Part shown: positions 26,501 to 39,900 of the stretch, piece after piece | Layout: each line of letters opens with the position of its first letter | Numbering within the stretch: the first letter of the stretch is position 1 | Assembly: GCF_000181795.1 (NCBI RefSeq) | Contig: NW_003526943.1 | Location: 10,660,789 to 10,724,788 of the forward strand | Source of the DNA: Trichinella spiralis | Lineage: Eukaryota | DNA length: 64,000 nt | Reading direction: 5' to 3' | Notes under the pieces: model-generated | What the model was told of the DNA's origin: nothing | Database searches by the model: none | Seen by the model: only the letters and a program-made list of their open reading frames with translations | Made by a program: the position numbers and the translations under genes

Positions 26501-27612
26501 TCCAATGACAACTGGCTAATCAAGAAGGAATGAGTCACAATGTGTAAAAATTTCATTTTTACAAATAAATCCAATTGAACAATTTCCTTACTTTTTCAAC
26601 ATATCAGCATTGAATTACAAATATGCTGTTTCACTTTTTCTTCCTTGCTCCATTAATAATTTTCTTTTTTTGAAAATTGAGCACCATTTTCAAAAATTTT
26701 TTCTCGTCGATTAAGCTGCATTTGTGAAAGCGTCGAAAAATTACTTTTTCTCCATTTGCTTGCGGTTGAACATTGAAAAAAATTTTTCCTTGTCTTTAAA
26801 ATTTTCATTTATTTATTATTGTGCTGTAAAATTTTATTTTTTTTATTTGAATGAATTCAGTATTTATTTTACAATATTATATATTAAATTTGAAAAGCAC
26901 TGTAGTGAATTTATTCAACTTTCATCCAATGTTCTGTACAATGCTGATATAATTGATGGTCAGTTGTTTGTTTCGTTTCAAAATGAGAATCAATGAAAAT
27001 TTAATTATAATCCAATGTTTACATATATTTAAATTAAATAATGCTATTATTACAAGATTGTGTCAATTTGAACTGATATCAGTGTCTTAAAATATTTTGA
27101 AAATTGAATTAAAGAAGTGTATCATTTCCCCCCAAGTAATTCAAATTTGTTTTCTGAAGAATGAATTGAAAGAATTGAATGAAAGAACTGCAGTTGAAGC
27201 CAAACGTCAGCGTCAGTGATTGTAAAATTATTGAATATTTTTAAAAAATTATGTATACGAAGAAATGTTTATTTCAATATTATTCAAATTTGATGATCAA
27301 ATTTTCAAATTTAGTAAATTATTTAAGATAACATACGCCTGAAAGTATAAAATATAAAAAGGAATTTGTTAACGGTAAATTTAAATTTAATTTTTCTCGA
27401 TTGATTTTTCATATTTTGCTAATGCTTTGCAAATTTGGCTCTACAAAAGTTCCAAGAAGGAAGTAGTTGTAAGCAAATCAGGAAAAAAGCTCTGTTCCTT
27501 CTTCTTCCTCTGTCAAATATGAAATAAGATCAGTTGAAATAAACACGTTTTGGCTGAAAATAAAAAAACAAAAAAAAATTTAAATGTACGATCGATTAAA
27601 ATGAAACGCAAC

Positions 27613-27636
27613 AGAGAGAGAGAGAGAGAGAGAGAG
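27613..27636. repeat. (AG)n microsatellite
   Basis: About 12 AG units read directly. Confidence 0.9.
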
Positions 27637-27844
27637 GGAGGGGTAGGGAGGGTATTTTTTCTTTCTCAATAGAAACAAAGACAGAGAAAATTACGTTTCC
27701 TTATTGACTGGGCAAATTGGCTGGCTTGTATCCGTTGCATATTTGTGAATTGAGCGAAACCGCGCTGAAAATAGTGATTTAATTCGACACCGTCGAATGC
27801 GCAACAAGACGGCTATAGCTTTCATTGAGCTAATGGCTTCTGTG

Positions 27845-27871
27845 TGATGATGATGATGATGATGATGATGA
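27845..27871. repeat. (TGA)9 microsatellite
   Basis: Nine TGA units read directly. Confidence 0.9.
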
Positions 27872-28076
27872 ACGAGCAAGTCGAGTGGAACGTGTACTTT
27901 TTCTTATTAATCTTCTTGGACAGTTGTGGAACTTCTGAATCATTGAATCAGATGATCTGAACTGAACATACCGCTCAACTAGCAGCTATTCACAGCTTTG
28001 GGCTAATTTCGACAGTATTTTTGCCCAACATTAAGTTATTCATCACTGACAATCTCGAGCTAAGTCGCATTATATT

Positions 28077-28121
28077 ATGGCAGCCATGATTCGACTGGGT
28101 TCGTCGCTTCGTCGATTAAAA
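28077..28121 (+). CDS. Putative first coding exon of the RASD gene (MAAMIRLGSSLRRLK)
   Basis: ATG at 28077 (also 28086), open frame to a phase-0 GTAATT donor at 28122. It lies in a locally GC-richer promoter-like block. Confidence 0.4.
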
Positions 28122-30889
28122 GTAATTAATTCCAGTTTGTTGAATAAAATTCCCATTTACCAGTGGAACTTTCGAGAATATTTAGTTTCCATTACTGCTA
28201 CCTAACTGCTGGTACTAATTTGATCAAATAATTAATTTTAGTGGGGAGGGGAGGGGAGGGGGAGAAGTCTGTATACTGCAGAAAATGACGAGCAAAATTC
28301 TCATCATTGCAATATGATTCGACAGTAATTAAATAAACAGTTGCAGTTTGCTTTCCTTTATCTTTCTTTTTATCTTTTCAACGTTATTCGATAATCAATG
28401 CTATTGCATGATTCTTTCACTTATGCAAGAAAAGAAAAAGAACAAATATCTGTTCATTTCTTTTTTTCTTTGTTTTTCTTCTCAATTTTGATATTTTAAA
28501 TTAAAATTAAACTTTTAACTCTTAAATATAAAATAATAACTAGAAAAATGTTATTGGACTTTATTTTTGAAAAAAGGAAATTTTCTATCTGCTTTATGGT
28601 TGCTTTTGTGATTCCATATGGCAAACTTGCGATAATGATATATTAATAATGTCGTCAATGGAGTGTGAAATTAGTTGATCGCAAATTGTCAGTTTGCTTT
28701 TTTGACTGATTTTAAACTGACATTTATCACGCTATTTCATAATCTTATTTCAATTAATCATACTGAAATGCGCGAATTATTTCTGTAAACTGAAATCGCA
28801 CATAAAAGGTGCCTCTGCTGAAACTCTATTACTTCAGCATTTATGCTTTATCTTCAGATGTTTTTTATTCATATTTTTCTAATAATTTTTTAAAAATATT
28901 TGCATCGTTTTGGATATATATTTTTCAATTCATTTCCAAATGCAGTGGTTTGGTTTTATTTACAAAAATTGACGATAAAGCAATCATTTTATTCACAAAA
29001 AAATTAAAAGATTTTTTTGAAAATTAAAAGATAAAAAAATTTAAAGTTTACGTAAAATTTACATTCATGGAAATTTATAATGTTGAATTTTGTAATTTCT
29101 GTAGCTTTTGCAAATTCATCACTTTAGTATGTATTATTATACTATGAATAATGAATAATAATAATAAATGTATTGTAATTATTTGTTAAATTTTTAAGAA
29201 TTCTATTATTTTGTCATCTATTATTGTTGTTTGCGTTTGCACGGATAGTGTTACTCATTTATGCATAGCTCAGTTGAATAAATAATAAAGTATGACCTTT
29301 ATTTTAATTATGAGTAATTTATAAATGCAAATTAGCAATTATATCAACACTGTTAAAAATAAATACCGTCTTCTAATGAAAAACAGTGGAACACTGTCAC
29401 GAAATTTTCATTTTATCATGCTGAAACATGCATTTTAAATTTTAAATCTAAACTTTTTTATTTCGTTTCATCAAGCTTAATATTTAAAAAATGCAGGAAA
29501 ACTAATACACTGAGCAGCATTTCTATACATATTTATCAGTGTATATAAGCCAGCTAATTGCTTTTTTTCTTTCAACTGTCGCTTTAACATAAATAAGAAT
29601 TTAAATATCTAATTTGACTTTTACTTTAAAATTGATTCAGCGTAATTTAACAGAATTATTAATCCCTTTTATTACTGACGCCTATTAATCATGTTAAAAT
29701 AGTTTTATTTATGACACTGATTTGGTTGAAAATTTTTTATTGGTTTGTGTTTTTTATGTTAATTAATTTTCAATATAAGGAAAAATGAAAAAAAAACTAA
29801 ATTGCAATATACTTTTTAAATTTTACTTTTTTAATCCTTTTGTGCAACACAAAATGCTAATAGGATTTGTAAAAGTTGTATTAAAACGTGACTAAATTGT
29901 TTGAATTTCAAACAAGAAAATTATTGCCTGAATAAATAATGCAGTTTTATCAAATTTTAACTGATTTGAAAACATCATAAATCCAATTTACGCATATTTC
30001 ATTTATGTGCTCAGCAATTTTGCCTACTCAAAAAATTCGTTCAACAAATATACTTCTTTCAATACTTAAAGAATGAAAAGTATACTTTTTAAGGTGAGAA
30101 AATTAAATTTTAAAAACGGACATTTATTACAAGAATAATTTATGCAAAATGTGCATATAATTTCATTTCACATTTATCTGTTCTAATTAATCCAAAAAGC
30201 GATTAAATAATTTACAAAGCTTCTTTTTTCTATTATTCAATAGTCTTGTTCTTAGCAATTTTTCACATTTATAATAAATTTATCGTAGACAACTTTCTTG
30301 CAAAACTTCTAACTACCAGAATTGTAAATTTTTAAGGAAAATTTTTTGCAAATTCATTTATAGACTTAATCATAATTTTTGCATAATAATAAGTGAAGAG
30401 GTAATAGTTTTTCATATGAAAAATTCATAGTGAATTAAAGTATTGAAAAAACGCTATAAAGCAGCTATATTATTCATGAACTGATGTTTCATGTTTGATG
30501 ATTGCAGCACTAGTGATGTTTATATGTGAACATATTTTTGTTTCTTGCAATAGCTAATGACATGTTTTTATTATTTTCCTTCTTCTGGTCCATAATTTGG
30601 GTTCTGTTACAATGGTTACGCAACATGTATTTATTGATACAAAGTGGCATTTTGTAAAGAAATATGACATCATTATCCTTATTGACAATTTTCAATGGAT
30701 TCTATTTCAACGCTATTGCCCTTCAACTGAAATGCATTAATAATCAGACTTGAACTCTACATGTATATATATATATATATATGCCATTTTGTTTGCTTGA
30801 AAATGTATATGTAAATTCTCTTTCTTTTTAATTAAATGCATTTTTATTTAAAATTAATGCTCATTTGCATAAATGTGATGCTATTTTAG

Positions 30890-30988
30890 AGCATGGAAAA
30901 CAGAGTACCATTGACACAAGAAGAAATGAAAACTGCATGCGATGCCGAACAAGGAAAATCCAAAGGACATCCAGGGTTAAAAGATTTT
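30890..30988 (+). CDS. Putative 99-nt phase 0-0 exon of the RASD gene (SMENRVPLTQEEMKTACDAEQGKSKGHPGLKDF)
   Basis: TATTTTAG acceptor, stop-free and GC-richer than its flanks, consensus GTAAGT donor at 30989. Confidence 0.6.
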
Positions 30989-33900
30989 GTAAGTAAATTA
31001 TTTCAAAAAGTTTCAATTCTTTGCAATATTGAAAAACATACTGCATCTCAAAATTTCATTTTTATGCATATTATACACTACTCTAAGCATGTGATGTTGA
31101 AAACTACTATTTTTAAATAACTTTTACCTTTCAAAAGTTATAAAATAAATGATAAAATTTCGATAAGAATTTCAGATTAAATTCAAAATTAGCTTTACTT
31201 AACTTTAATTAACCTAAAAAATAAATTATTATTCATTTGCAATAAAAGGTTTGAAAAACAAATCAGAATCAGCACATGCCTTAATTTTCCAAATTTATCA
31301 TAATAACATGAAAGATGTAGATACGAAAATTTTCTTAAATAACAATCATGTTCTTCACTATATTCAATATTAGTATGTCCAATTTTGGCAAATTTTTAAG
31401 TAACAACTTTTACTGAATATTACAATACATTTTCGAATTGCACATACCGTTATATTTTATAGTTTTAAGAATAGCAAAGTAAATTTCATTTAGCATTTAT
31501 TTTTTAATGACATTCTGTTTATTATTGAGTTTATTTAATTAAATAGATACTATAATAAATAGCAAAAATTGACAAATTAGTAATGTAAACAAATTTTGTG
31601 ATTAATTTCATAAATAATGCAAAGCATTTCAGAAGCAGTAGTTTTTTACATTAATTTTATTAAAATAAACAGGCTAATAATTTATTTCAAGCTTTACGTA
31701 AACTGTTAATTTAATTATATATGCTCATAGTATAAATGTTCATTTATTTTTATTTCTTCATGCATTGTTGCAAAGAAATTTTTATTACGTAATTCATCGT
31801 AGTTTTAGCTTCTAGATTAAAAATAGTCAGATTTCTATTTTTTAATTTTAAATCAGATTATTTATATTTCTGTCATTAGTCCCTGTCATCTATTTTAATA
31901 AAAAATTTATGAATAGAATGCTTTGCAAGTACTGAAAAATAATAATTTATTTTGGTTTCATAAAATGTATTTTTCATCTAATTAGATGATAATTTTTATT
32001 TATTAAATAATGAGATTAATTACTATTATAAAAAGTTTTTGTAATAATTACATCATTTTTGAATTTTATTTGCATCGTGTTTTAAATTTCATTTTTTAAG
32101 GAATTCAAACAGATTACTAATTTTTTTGTTAATATTCTTTAAAAAAGGGTCTCAAATTGATATCAAGCATCATTTAATGATGAATTAATGGTTTACATAA
32201 ATAAGCATTTTATGCAAAGTATTTTTAAAATTACTGCACTGCTTGATTATTATAACAATTATTTAAATGCATTTTAGTATATTTGTAATATTTCACCAGT
32301 ATACTACTTATATTGCTGAAAAAACAATTTGCACAGCATTTTTGGCATAAGAGAAATATTGAATCAACTACTTTTATTTACAAAATGCTAAATGAATGCT
32401 CAAGCATTTAATAACAATAAAAATTGGTAAATAGCTCACTGAAAATTATTATGATACATATCTTTTGTAATACCTTTTGCAATTTTGTAATGTTGATTGC
32501 ATATGAAGCACTGCATGTGCAGTTTATTTGCAATATACAAAGAAATATTTCATGTGAATAAATGGTTTAATAGAATGTTAAATTTCTTCATTGTATGTGT
32601 CTTTAAATACTATAATTCTTTTAGATTATTTATAGAAAATGATAAAATCCGTTTTATTTAAAAGGTTCTATTTGTTGCATGCTGAAATTGCATATGCAGT
32701 AAATGACATTCTGAATTTAAATAAATTTTGCAAAAATTTAAGTAAGTTTTATATGAATTGCAATTTTTTAAATCTCTATTAAGCATTACTTTTATCTTAA
32801 TCTTTTACTTTGGGCAATTTATTTAAAAATTTTCCATAAGTGACTGAAAAAATCAGCATAAGAATAAGAATATGATGCTTGAATAAGTATATCAAATAAT
32901 TTATATGCCTTTAAAGCATATTTATTTGCATATTGAATAAACCTTTAATAATTAGCAGTTGTTTTGGCAATAATTAATAGAAATAAAATATCATTAATTA
33001 TTTGAATTGCTTGCTTTATTAACTTCATATTTTTAGGGTAATATTATTATTTAAAATTGAAACTAAATAATTTATTAAACCAACGTTAATACAATTTTAA
33101 GTATAAATAAATGAACACCTCATAATTTTAAACCTTAAACACACATAAAAGTTTATACTTGATATTAGTGATATATCTAAAGCAATAACTATTAATCAAG
33201 TAATAGCTTAATTATAAAAATTCATTTTATCTGATAAAGACTAAACCTTGTAGAACATATTCAACAACTGTGAACTTGTAAATTTCATACAATTTTTTAA
33301 TTTTTAATTTTTAATCTTTAATTTTGCATTTTTGTTTTGCAAGTTGGTAAAAAAGTAGTTCTGGTGGAAAAGAATGATGATTGTCCAATGTTACCGGGAT
33401 TGAAATGTTTTAAATTTCAAAGTGTTATTAATACTGCTTAGTGAAAATCAATTTTTCAATTAAGAAATTTTACCTTTGATTCAATATGGCAGTCGATGGC
33501 AGCTGTCAGTAAGATGGAAAATAAAAAAATTTTCAAATAAATTACGGTTACACTACCTGCAGGTATGTGACGTGTGATTTTAAATTAAAAGCAAAATGTT
33601 TCGCTTCCCAATGCAGCTTATGGCAAATTTATTACTTATCTTCTTACAATTTTGCAAACTTCACATCAAGGCAGAATTACATAAACTACTTCCAACCCTT
33701 TTAATTCATGCGTAATTAGTATGAAATATAATAAGCTTTTCAAATTTTGTTTGTTAAATGCGTGGATTTATTTCATAAGTAATAAAAATAAAGCAGTTGA
33801 AACTATTAAGAACTGATAAAGGTGTGATTTTGAAAGCAAACATATCAGCACTTCATTAATAATTTAATTATCCTAAATCATCAGTAATGTATTGTGTTAC

Positions 33901-36900
33901 TTATATATTACAATAATATCATGTAAGCAGAGTATTGATTAGACATATAAAATTTTAAATGTGCTTTGCAAGTTACCTACAAGATGTTTATAGTGGGCAA
34001 ATTTATAAGCCACCGGAAGAGAGTACAATTAACAGTAAATAATTTTAAGAGGAAACTTGAATTTTGCTATACTATTTCAATTTACCACGGATTTGGAGAA
34101 TACAACTGTTATGTTTGAAAATTTTTAATATGAAAATTGAACACTAAAAGCCGTTAAAATATTTGCCTTTGCAATATTTACTAAAAATAATCATCGTGCA
34201 ATATCGTCATAAGATTCTTTTCTAATTTTAATTTGATCATAATGTGTGTGTTATCACCTGCTTTCATACGTTTTTCACTTGATTATTAGTATAATTTATT
34301 TTAAACAAAATAATAATATTTTTAACTTAAAGGGTTTGCATGCACAAAAGATTATGCTAATTATCAAAAATAATAAGTTGTACTGTTTTCTTAAATTCAC
34401 AACTTTTACAGTTAGAGTTTGAAATTTTATTTTTAAAATTTATTGCTGTCTCATGAAAATAAAAAAAACGTTTAATTACATATAATATTGTGATGAATTT
34501 ATTGCAAATTTTTCTATTTCAAATGCTTTAATGTGCTATTAGTTATTGAAACACTTTTTAATTAATTATGACACTTTTTAAATGATAAAAGAACAAATAG
34601 TTGGTATCATGTATAATCATATCTTATGATAAATGATAAATCATACAAAATATTATCATATCTTTGTTTATAAATAATTATTTTAATATTAAATATTTAA
34701 AATGTTGTTTGAAGAATGTTATCTGAACCGCTTTAGTATTTAATTAGCTGTCAGTGAATAAATAGAATTTAATCAAAACATTTGTGCTTTTTATATTAGC
34801 ACTGCAAAAATGAACGTTACAAAAGAAGGTGAATATGAGTTTATTGAAGTTGAACTCTTAAGAATATTAAAAGCATTTCAAGATAGCATGCTCAAAGAAA
34901 ACTTTGAATTCAATTGATAAGGTCAAACAAATTTTCTTTCATTTTTTTCTATTCACAGAATAATTTGCATCGGTTTTGATGATTTTTTTCCTTTCTGTTT
35001 TACTTTTCCGAAATTTACTTTTTGCAAATTTCAATGAAATAAATGAAAAAAATTCCCCTTTTGGAAGTGCCCCTCATTGGTGTGATGACGATCAGCCGAA
35101 ATTGGCTGGTCTTCTTCGGTCTGAACGGAAATGGCTTTCCATCTGCTGAACAATACACAGCTTGATTGCTTGATAACATACGAAGTCGATTTGTGGCAGC
35201 TGGTGACTTTTTCAACTGAATTTAAGATAAAAAAGAATTAGCTAAAAGAAATGTAGCAAATAATTTTGCAACAGCAATTTTTGAGGAAACTTTTTTAAAT
35301 GAAATTTTGCTTTTAGTTAAAATTAAGCAAAGTAGAAGAATATTGAATTTAAATAATACATATTTCAGCCTATACAACTGCGAGAATAATTATTTCATCC
35401 AGCTTACGGTGCATATCAGTAGTTTTTTAATAAAAAAACATATTTATGAAACAAATTTACTGTGAGTGCGCAATGTAAATTTTTATTTATGATCAACGCA
35501 TTTTTATCAGCACATTTTGCTAGCGAAAATTAATATTGTAGCTGAAATATAACAATGCTAAAAAATAAATGCTAATTTCCAAGTACTTTAAATTTTAATT
35601 ATTATACATTTCAAGTGAGTATTATTATTATAACTATGATTGCTGTTCGACAAATACAAAATCTAATTTTGCAAATGTCTGTTTGATTGTTTATATTAAT
35701 GTGACATATAAATGCAACTGAGCTTATAGAAATTAAGTAATAACTAATTTTTGCATGCATCTTATATTTCTGTATTTTTTGTATGTAAACTGGTGTAAAA
35801 AAGTTTTTCTTCTTAAAGAATACTATTACTGAAATTATAAAAATCAGATGGCAACCCAAACATCTAAATACTTCCAGTGAAGCATTTGTGCGATTAATTT
35901 TGTCTTATTACCATCCAAAAGCAATTATTGTCTTCTCTGTTTTGAATCACCGGTGGGACCTAATGCAATCTTAATTAACAACCTCATGGCGATTTAGTCA
36001 TCACTTGCGTCATCATTTCCGCAACTGCATTTAATGAATGTAGCTGTAAAATGCGCTCTTTAACCTAAAACATATTCTTGTTTGTTTAAAGAAATCTCTG
36101 AGGCGATTCTGTTTCAAATATGTTATTCATGTTTAAGCAGTGATTGAAATTTCAGCGTGAATGAAAGAACAACATCATATAATTTTAGATTTCTTTAATT
36201 TAAATAATAAAAGATGCAATAACGTTGATCAACATTAATGTAAATCAAAGTTGACAATTGAAATAGATTGCAGTATTTATGCCCTAAAGTTTTGATAGAG
36301 TTGCATATACACTGGTATATGCATGCATGACATGGTATGTATGCATGTGCATGAATGCATATGTATATATATGTATGCAAACGAGAGTTTTCATTTGATT
36401 GCTAGCAGAACATCGCATCCAACGGGGCCGTGCACAGCAGGGGGAACACCACAACGACAACGGATTATCTATCTATATGGTTGTAAAACCGTAAACAAAT
36501 GTTGAATGTTTAGCCAGAACGGATATTGATTGAGGCCGTTAGGTCTCTTCTTCGTATTTAAGTTTTCATTCAGAGCAGCCATCATGTTCTTTCTAAAGAA
36601 GCATACATATCAACAAGAAGCGCGTTTTAGTAAAAGCAATGAATTCTATTGGCTATTTCATTTAAAACACTTCTATCTCGTCTGGTCAGTGAGGTTTTTG
36701 CTCCATTCAATGCGCCACCTGCTGACGTTCAGTTAGGTTAATGTTTCGATCGTCAACACTTTTCCAGTAACTTCGTCGGCGTGTTTTTAATCATATCTTT
36801 TCTGTACTTTGCTGAGTTTTATCTGACACCTTCTTTATAAGTAATATAGCAGTTTAAAAAAGAATTTTTGTCATCAGTCTGGATCAAAATCTGTGAGCAT

Positions 36901-39900
36901 GTCCTTCAGGTCATTAGCTCCTCCTGCTCCTGGTTCGAAAATCAAAAAGGTAGTTTTTTCTTCTTCTGTATTGCTACGAATGCTTGATACATTCTTCAGA
37001 GATTTTAACAGCACTGATACATTTGAAAAGTGAGAATTAAAAATCACTACGAATTATCGTATAGTTCATCTCCTTAAGATATTAGTAGGCTGTGTAATAT
37101 GATATATAAAATGTGAGCATGTTTTTATGTGTAGCATGTGGGATTCTTATGCTTCTGAAGCTTTTAGTTTAAAGAAAGAATTTTCATTTATGATGTTTTA
37201 TGCGAATAGAAGAAATGCATGCGCATGCATTCGTTTTTATTCTTCTTTTTTTAATATTGCGGTACTGTACAGAGTATTATTCATCAAACGAAAAATCTTT
37301 ATTTGGCAGATTTTGATTATTAAATATGTTTGAGCAATTGCAGACTGACTATTCATTCATGCGAGTTTTTGCATCGAAAATGATTATATTGATTTGATAA
37401 TTTCATATTTTTTCATTATTCTGACAACTTTTTAACCATATATTAATAATCATAAAAGCAAAAGAATTCTGCAACTCATCCAAAAGTTTATTCAATAAAA
37501 TAATTTCTGCTTAATAATTACGTTAAATGCATATCACACAGCTATCAAAGAGAATCAGTTAAATAAATATGTGCAAGCAATACAATGAAAGTTAAGAAGA
37601 AGCAACTATTTATTTAAAATCACGTAATAAAACTGCTCCTTGGAACAATAGACGTAGATATAGTTTTTCTTGCTTAAATTGCTGCTCTTCTACACTGTTA
37701 TACTTATGTAATGTAACATATGCATTAATATTGGAATATGAATGCATTTTTATAATAATATATATTAACTTTTTAAAATTTAGTAGCAATATTTGGAAGA
37801 TGTTATAAAATATTTTACAAGAAAAGCAAGCCCACAAGCAATATATGAACATTCTGGCAGAACTCAGAATTAATATATTACGTATTCTATTTTAAAAGAC
37901 AACGTGCTAATCTGCTTTATAATTTGATAGTTGCAAAAAATCATTTAGAGATTCTTTGCATTATCATAAACTTGTGCAGTTTTTGTAGTGCTTTAAAAAG
38001 AATGACGTTGTTTATCAGAAAAACAATTTTTTATTCATTCAAAAAAGTGAACTTTCTAGTAATCATTTGAAACGTAATCTAACGTGAACTTTGAGAAGAA
38101 AGGTAAAGTAAAATTTACGCACTTTTCAAAGTTATTATCTGAATGCTTAAAAGCAATAAAAAATATTCATTATTTAAAATTTTAGTCGAAAAAGCGATGT
38201 TCTTGCAAGCTTAACATATAATTTAAAACGGCGGTTGCTTTAGTAGTAAACTTTTGACAATGAGTAGTTTGAAAATTTACGATTAATTTTACATGTATGT
38301 CACTGCGATTCAAGAATAAAATTCATTTTAAGTTTAAGAACCGACACAATTTTAAATTATGTTTACAATTTGAAGCATCTTTTTTGCATTTGATGGTGTT
38401 AATATTTGCAACTTTTTCATTTTATAAACAGCTGTCGCTGTATAGTTTACTTTTAAGTGTCATTTTTGCAAAACTTGCGCTTTCTAATTATAGCACTCGT
38501 AGCATTGAAAAATACGGCAGATAGATCTGAGATAAATGTTGAAATATTTGATAAAATCATTAAAATTCTTCTACACTATTATCTATCAGTGCATGTAGTT
38601 TTAACCAGTACAATATAGGTAGTCTATATTTGAAATATGTAAATTATTATAACAGTCTATTCAAAGCAACGAGTAACAAAGAAATTCGACGTTGAAAATT
38701 ATCACAGAGCAAGTGGAAACAATTTCAACACTTTACGTTGTAATTATAATTTAATAGCAGGTGTTTGCTTTTCATTTTACTTATTTTTCTGTATTATAAA
38801 GAACGCGTTACTTGATTAGCTTGTAGTATGCATGAAATGCAATTATTTTGCTATGTTATGCCAGTATAGCAGCATCTTAATTGAAGCAATTTACAATTTA
38901 GAAACTGAAAAATAGGCAAAAGTTTGCAGTTTTCTCAAACAAAAGCAGCAATTAAATTGATTAATTGTATGCTAATGTAATTTCTAATTCAAAGCTTTTA
39001 AAAAATTTTTTATTGCCAGCATAAAGTTTATTTGATTTCAAACTGAATTTGATCATGCTTAAAGTTGTTATTTAAAAACGAAAAGCTTTACACTTATGTG
39101 ATCAGTTACAACTGACTTTTAGTTTTATTATTTTACATTTTATTTTACTAATACTTCGCTCAACTGTGTATTGTCTAAAAGTTTTGAAAGTTAAGGAATT
39201 CTTGACTTCTTTTTTTCATTAGCAGAATACACACACAAGGCGAATCATTCTTTAATTCCAGTTTAAGTTTAATCAATGTAATCTGTTGCAGCACATAATT
39301 TCAGAAATGCAGAAATCAAAACGAATAAATATTGTTAAATATAATAAAAATATACATATTTGTTTTTTTTTCAATTTAATCAAGAACTGTATCAAGGCAA
39401 TGCTCTAAGCCATTATGTGAACATTATTTCACACAGTGCATGTGAAAATTCTATTATGCTATTTAGTTAGTTGCATGTTGCAGCTGAAATATTAAAATTT
39501 AATTATCCTAATTCATAACCGATGTGTAAAGTTGAATGTAAAAAGCGAACAATATTTGGGCTATTTGAAATATTTGAAATTTTTTGACCAATGTTATATA
39601 CTTTTGAAAGATGACAAAAAATCGATGAGGCTCAGGTCGAATATTGTTCACACTTCTAGTTTGTGAATAAAAATCTCAGCTTAGAGGTACGAGCCGATAG
39701 GAAGCCGGCCAACCGTCGAGCTGTCTCGCTGAAGCTGAATAATTGAATGATCGTTGAACTGCAGATTGATTGACGTTCGCTACAATTCCATCAATCACGT
39801 CTTACTAATCCATGCATTTTATCCAACGTTGATTTCTTATTAAGTCTTTAATATAAGCATTATTAGACATCGCTAAATTTGTAAAAAAATGTCATTTTTG

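Noticed and set aside
35015..35220. Minus-strand exon-like segment with TTCAG acceptor
   Set aside because: No partner exon or recognisable peptide found, so it cannot be supported as a nested gene.
37214..37231. Perfect 18-bp palindrome AATGCATGCGCATGCATT
   Set aside because: Built from the TGCA word that is abundant across the window, with no other support.
39628..39682. Imperfect hairpin resembling a pre-miRNA
   Set aside because: Stem is interrupted by a large internal loop and no known miRNA seed is recognised. Small-RNA data would be needed.
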